A stretch of 64,000 nucleotides of DNA from assembly GCF_009914755.1 (NCBI RefSeq), contig NC_060929.1. One strand, given 5' to 3'. The stretch is from the human T2T-CHM13v2.0 reference genome, Homo sapiens. Both the position numbers and the translations under genes were made by a program. This document shows, piece after piece, positions 60,993 through 64,000 of this stretch. Position 1 is the stretch's first letter, and each line of letters begins with the position of its first letter. The notes below the pieces were generated by a model. It searched no databases, was not told where the DNA came from, and saw only the letters and a program-made list of their open reading frames with translations.

Positions 60993-61102
60993 GCTATGAT
61001 GTTTGGTAGGTTAGGTGAAGTAGACACATTTTTGACTTATAAATTTTCAGCTTACAATGGGTTTATCAGGGCGTAACCCATTGCAAGTTGGGAGCATCTG
61101 TA
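60993..61102. mobile_element. Tigger-family MITE end (MER47-like)
   Basis: gatgtttggtaggttaggtg ... cttacaatgggtttatcagggcgtaacccattgcaagttgggagcatctg|TA. Confidence 0.7.
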
Positions 61103-62649
61103 CGATGGTATAGATATATATAATGCATATAGTTTTATATCCTTTTAAGACAAAATATGAAGATATTTTATTTGCTCAAATCTTGTTACACAGTTTTCCA
61201 CTGTGATATTCACATGCTGACAGAGAGGCTATTTGCATGGTGTTTGTCACCAGCAATGAACAGCAGCATTTGAGTTATGTAGTGGCTCTGCCAGTTACCA
61301 GTGGGGCAACTTGGGCAAGACACTAAGCACCTCTGAACCTCATTTGTTTTATCAGTAAAATGAAGATAGCTATACATACTTCACAGGCTGTGGTGATGAT
61401 ATATTCTAATGAATATACAGTCTTAAATAAAAACATTCAATAAATTCTAGCTACTCATTTATATTAATTTATTATACCCATTTGCTTTGAGTTATCTTCT
61501 TTGCAATAAGCTGTGGGAAAAACTTACTGTTCCTTCTCATACTCCAGGATACATCATCACCCAAATCATTACACATTCTTATATAACGCAAACATTAAGA
61601 AAGAACAATAATCTTACTAAAAAGCAGAGTGTGGTATGGTAGAGAGATTAAGAGGCTTTGGAATAGTTACATCAGGGATCAATTAGTGAGCTGTGTGACT
61701 TTAGGCAAATTAATAAACTGAATTTCTTTAAATTTTGTTAAATAGGTATAATAACATTATATATAAGAAAGCAGGAAAAATATGAACAGCTCCTATTATA
61801 ATGCTTGCAAAATCAGGAGTGCTTAATAAATGGAAGCCACACTGCGATTTTCCAGATAATTGTGAAACAACTACGGGCCATTACAAAACCATAGGAAATT
61901 AGAAGTGAGGAGTAATTTGGAGACTGACAAGCTCTACCTTCATCTAAAGGCAGAATTTCTTCTGCAGTCTCCCTAACAAGGAATCGTTATACCTCAGGGA
62001 TGGGATAGTCACTACCACATAAAGTAGTTCATTTTCAGACATGCATAACCTTAGAAAGTTCTTCTCTTGATTTACAATTAGCCTCATAGTTCTGTTGCTG
62101 CCTATTGGAGTTTTACTACGTGTACAGTCAGGCAGGGCTTCCATTCAGTCACCACCCATTAGTACTGTTGTACTAGTAATTTATGGATGGCGTCCATTCT
62201 TACTGGTCCATGTCCCATTCTGATTTGTGTTTGTGCCATTTTTAAGTGTTTTGAATATTAACCCTGGTATCAGATAAACATGGAGTCCTGACTTTTTCCA
62301 TAATCATGAATAACAGTGGAATAGTTACATCAGATTTGTGTGCCACTGTGGTCCCATCTATGAAATAGGGATAATAATTGTACCTAGTTCATAAGGTTGT
62401 TTGAGGATAGTGTGGAATAAAGTATAAAAAGGGCTTAGCCTGGTTTCTCAAATATTGCAATAAATGAAACTTAGCATCATGATGCTGTCACAATGGTTCA
62501 ATGATAATTGAAAACATCGATTCATCATTTAGCATCCTCAGCTTATCAGTTTCTCACTATCTAGCTCTTCTTACACTGGACACTTCCTAATTATTCTTTC
62601 AATGTTTTCTGGAAGTTAGTTGAATAATTACTGTGCACCAGATACTACA

Positions 62650-62953
62650 CAGTAGTCCCCCTTGATGCATGAGGGATACATTCAAGACCCCCAGTGGATA
62701 CCTGAATACGCAGATATTTCCAAACCCATATATACTATGTTTTTTCCCTTTTGTACATACCTATGGTAAAGTTTGATTCATAGAGTAAGAGATTAACAAT
62801 AACTAATAATAGAACAATTATAACAATATGCAGAGTAAAAGTATGTGAATGCAGTCCCTCTCTCAAAGCATCTGATTGTACCGTACTTACCTATTTTTGA
62901 ACCACAGTTGACTGTGGGTAAAAAGGAAAACTGCAGATAAGGGGGGATTACTA
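62650..62953. mobile_element. Tigger-family MITE (Tigger2a/MER8-like)
   Basis: Terminal inverted repeats cagtagtccccctt ... aaggggggattacta, followed by TA. Confidence 0.8.
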
Positions 62954-63074
62954 TACTACGAGTTTTACATGTACCATTTAACTAAATCATTACGACTCTA
63001 TAAAGTAGATATGATTATTGTCCTCAGTTACAAATGTGGAGGGCTGAGTCTCAGAACGTTCTATTACCGACATG

Positions 63075-63560
63075 GTTTTGGTCCCAACAGAAAACCTCAT
63101 AATGGTTTAAACAATAAAAGAGATTTATTATCTTATAAAATCAGAAAATCCAGATGTGTGCTGGACTTGGAGGGTATCTTGATTCAACAATTCAGCAGTA
63201 TCACCAACTAGCTGGTTTCTTTCACTCTCTTCTCTCTTTTCCATGTGGCCACTTCATCCTCAGCTTGTTCCTCCATGTGATTGCAAGAAAGCTGCCTGCT
63301 GCCCAGGGCTCCATGCTAAATTCTTTAAATCTAAAGAATCACACTCCTTCTCAAAACTTTCCCCAGGACAGCAAGGAAGCTTTTTCCTCAGAAGCCCAGA
63401 ACATAATTCTTTCTGATACTCAGTGGCTTAAATTGGGTCACCAGCCCATCCCTGAACCAATAACAGGGCCTGTGGGATGGGATAACTCCTACTTAGGCCT
63501 GACTCACATAATCCTTCCCTACAGTCAGGGTGGAGTAGGTTTCCCAAAGCACACAAAATA
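63075..63560 (-). mobile_element. Old MaLR LTR (MLT1J/K-like)
   Basis: caacagaaaacct ... aatggtttaaacaataaaagagatttatt ... ttgggtcaccagcccatccctgaaccaat. Confidence 0.65.
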
Positions 63561-63562
63561 CA

Positions 63563-63631
63563 GTGTGTGTGTGTATGTGTGTGTGTGTGCGCGCGTGCAT
63601 GCGTGCGCGTGTGTGCGCGCATGTGTGCATG
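63563..63631. repeat. (TG)n/(CG)n alternating purine-pyrimidine microsatellite
   Basis: 69 nt of uninterrupted R-Y alternation. Confidence 0.92.
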
Positions 63632-64000
63632 AATGTGTGTGTTACAGAGAAGTGAAAATACCCAGTTGAAAACTGAAATGATGATTAAGAGAATGAAGAA
63701 TGCGTATTAGAAAGGCAATCAAAATGACCATTAGTAAGCTGCACAGTCGAGATCTGAGCCTTGGTCATTTGACTACAGAATTAATACTCTTAAACCTCCA
63801 CTATCTACTGCTTCCCAAATCAACCTAGAAATCCCTGGGGTTGGATAGGACCATTTGTGTTTGAGACTATTACCAACATTACTAAGTACTATACTAATAT
63901 ACTCATGCAACCTAAAGCATATATATGTGAAGTGTGTATATGTACCCATATATATACATACACACTCATATACTACACACAGTATAGCCTATACAGGGCT

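Noticed and set aside
63154-63669. Longest ORF in the track (171 aa)
   Set aside because: It consists of an old MaLR LTR plus the TG/CG microsatellite (VCVYVCVCARV), so it is a chance ORF.

Overview
This window is primate, most likely human, genomic DNA from inside the STK32A (YANK1) serine/threonine kinase gene, transcribed on the + strand. Three coding exons are visible (5948-6003, 7071-7222, 51682-51855). They have canonical AG/GT ends and compatible phases, and encode the N-terminal kinase lobe up to the HR of the HRD motif. The rest is intron, including a 44,459-bp intron packed with transposon fossils. These include a near-full-length sense L1PB inserted into an ERV1 LTR, a decayed ~9.3 kb two-LTR ERV1 provirus on the minus strand carrying several nested insertions, solo ERV1 and MaLR LTRs, about 19 Alu/FLAM elements, old L1M/L2/MIR fragments and DNA-transposon MITEs. 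Most ORFs in the supplied track are repeat-derived noise. I see no evidence for a new gene system. The most unusual structures are a perfect 58-bp inverted repeat with nested fold-backs in an old L1, a copy of L1 5'UTR sequence inside that L1PB's inter-ORF region, a relic gag matrix-like frame in the provirus, and a 100-bp tandem duplication. Repeat subfamily names come from recalled consensus sequences and need RepeatMasker/Dfam confirmation. Boundaries of old repeats are approximate.
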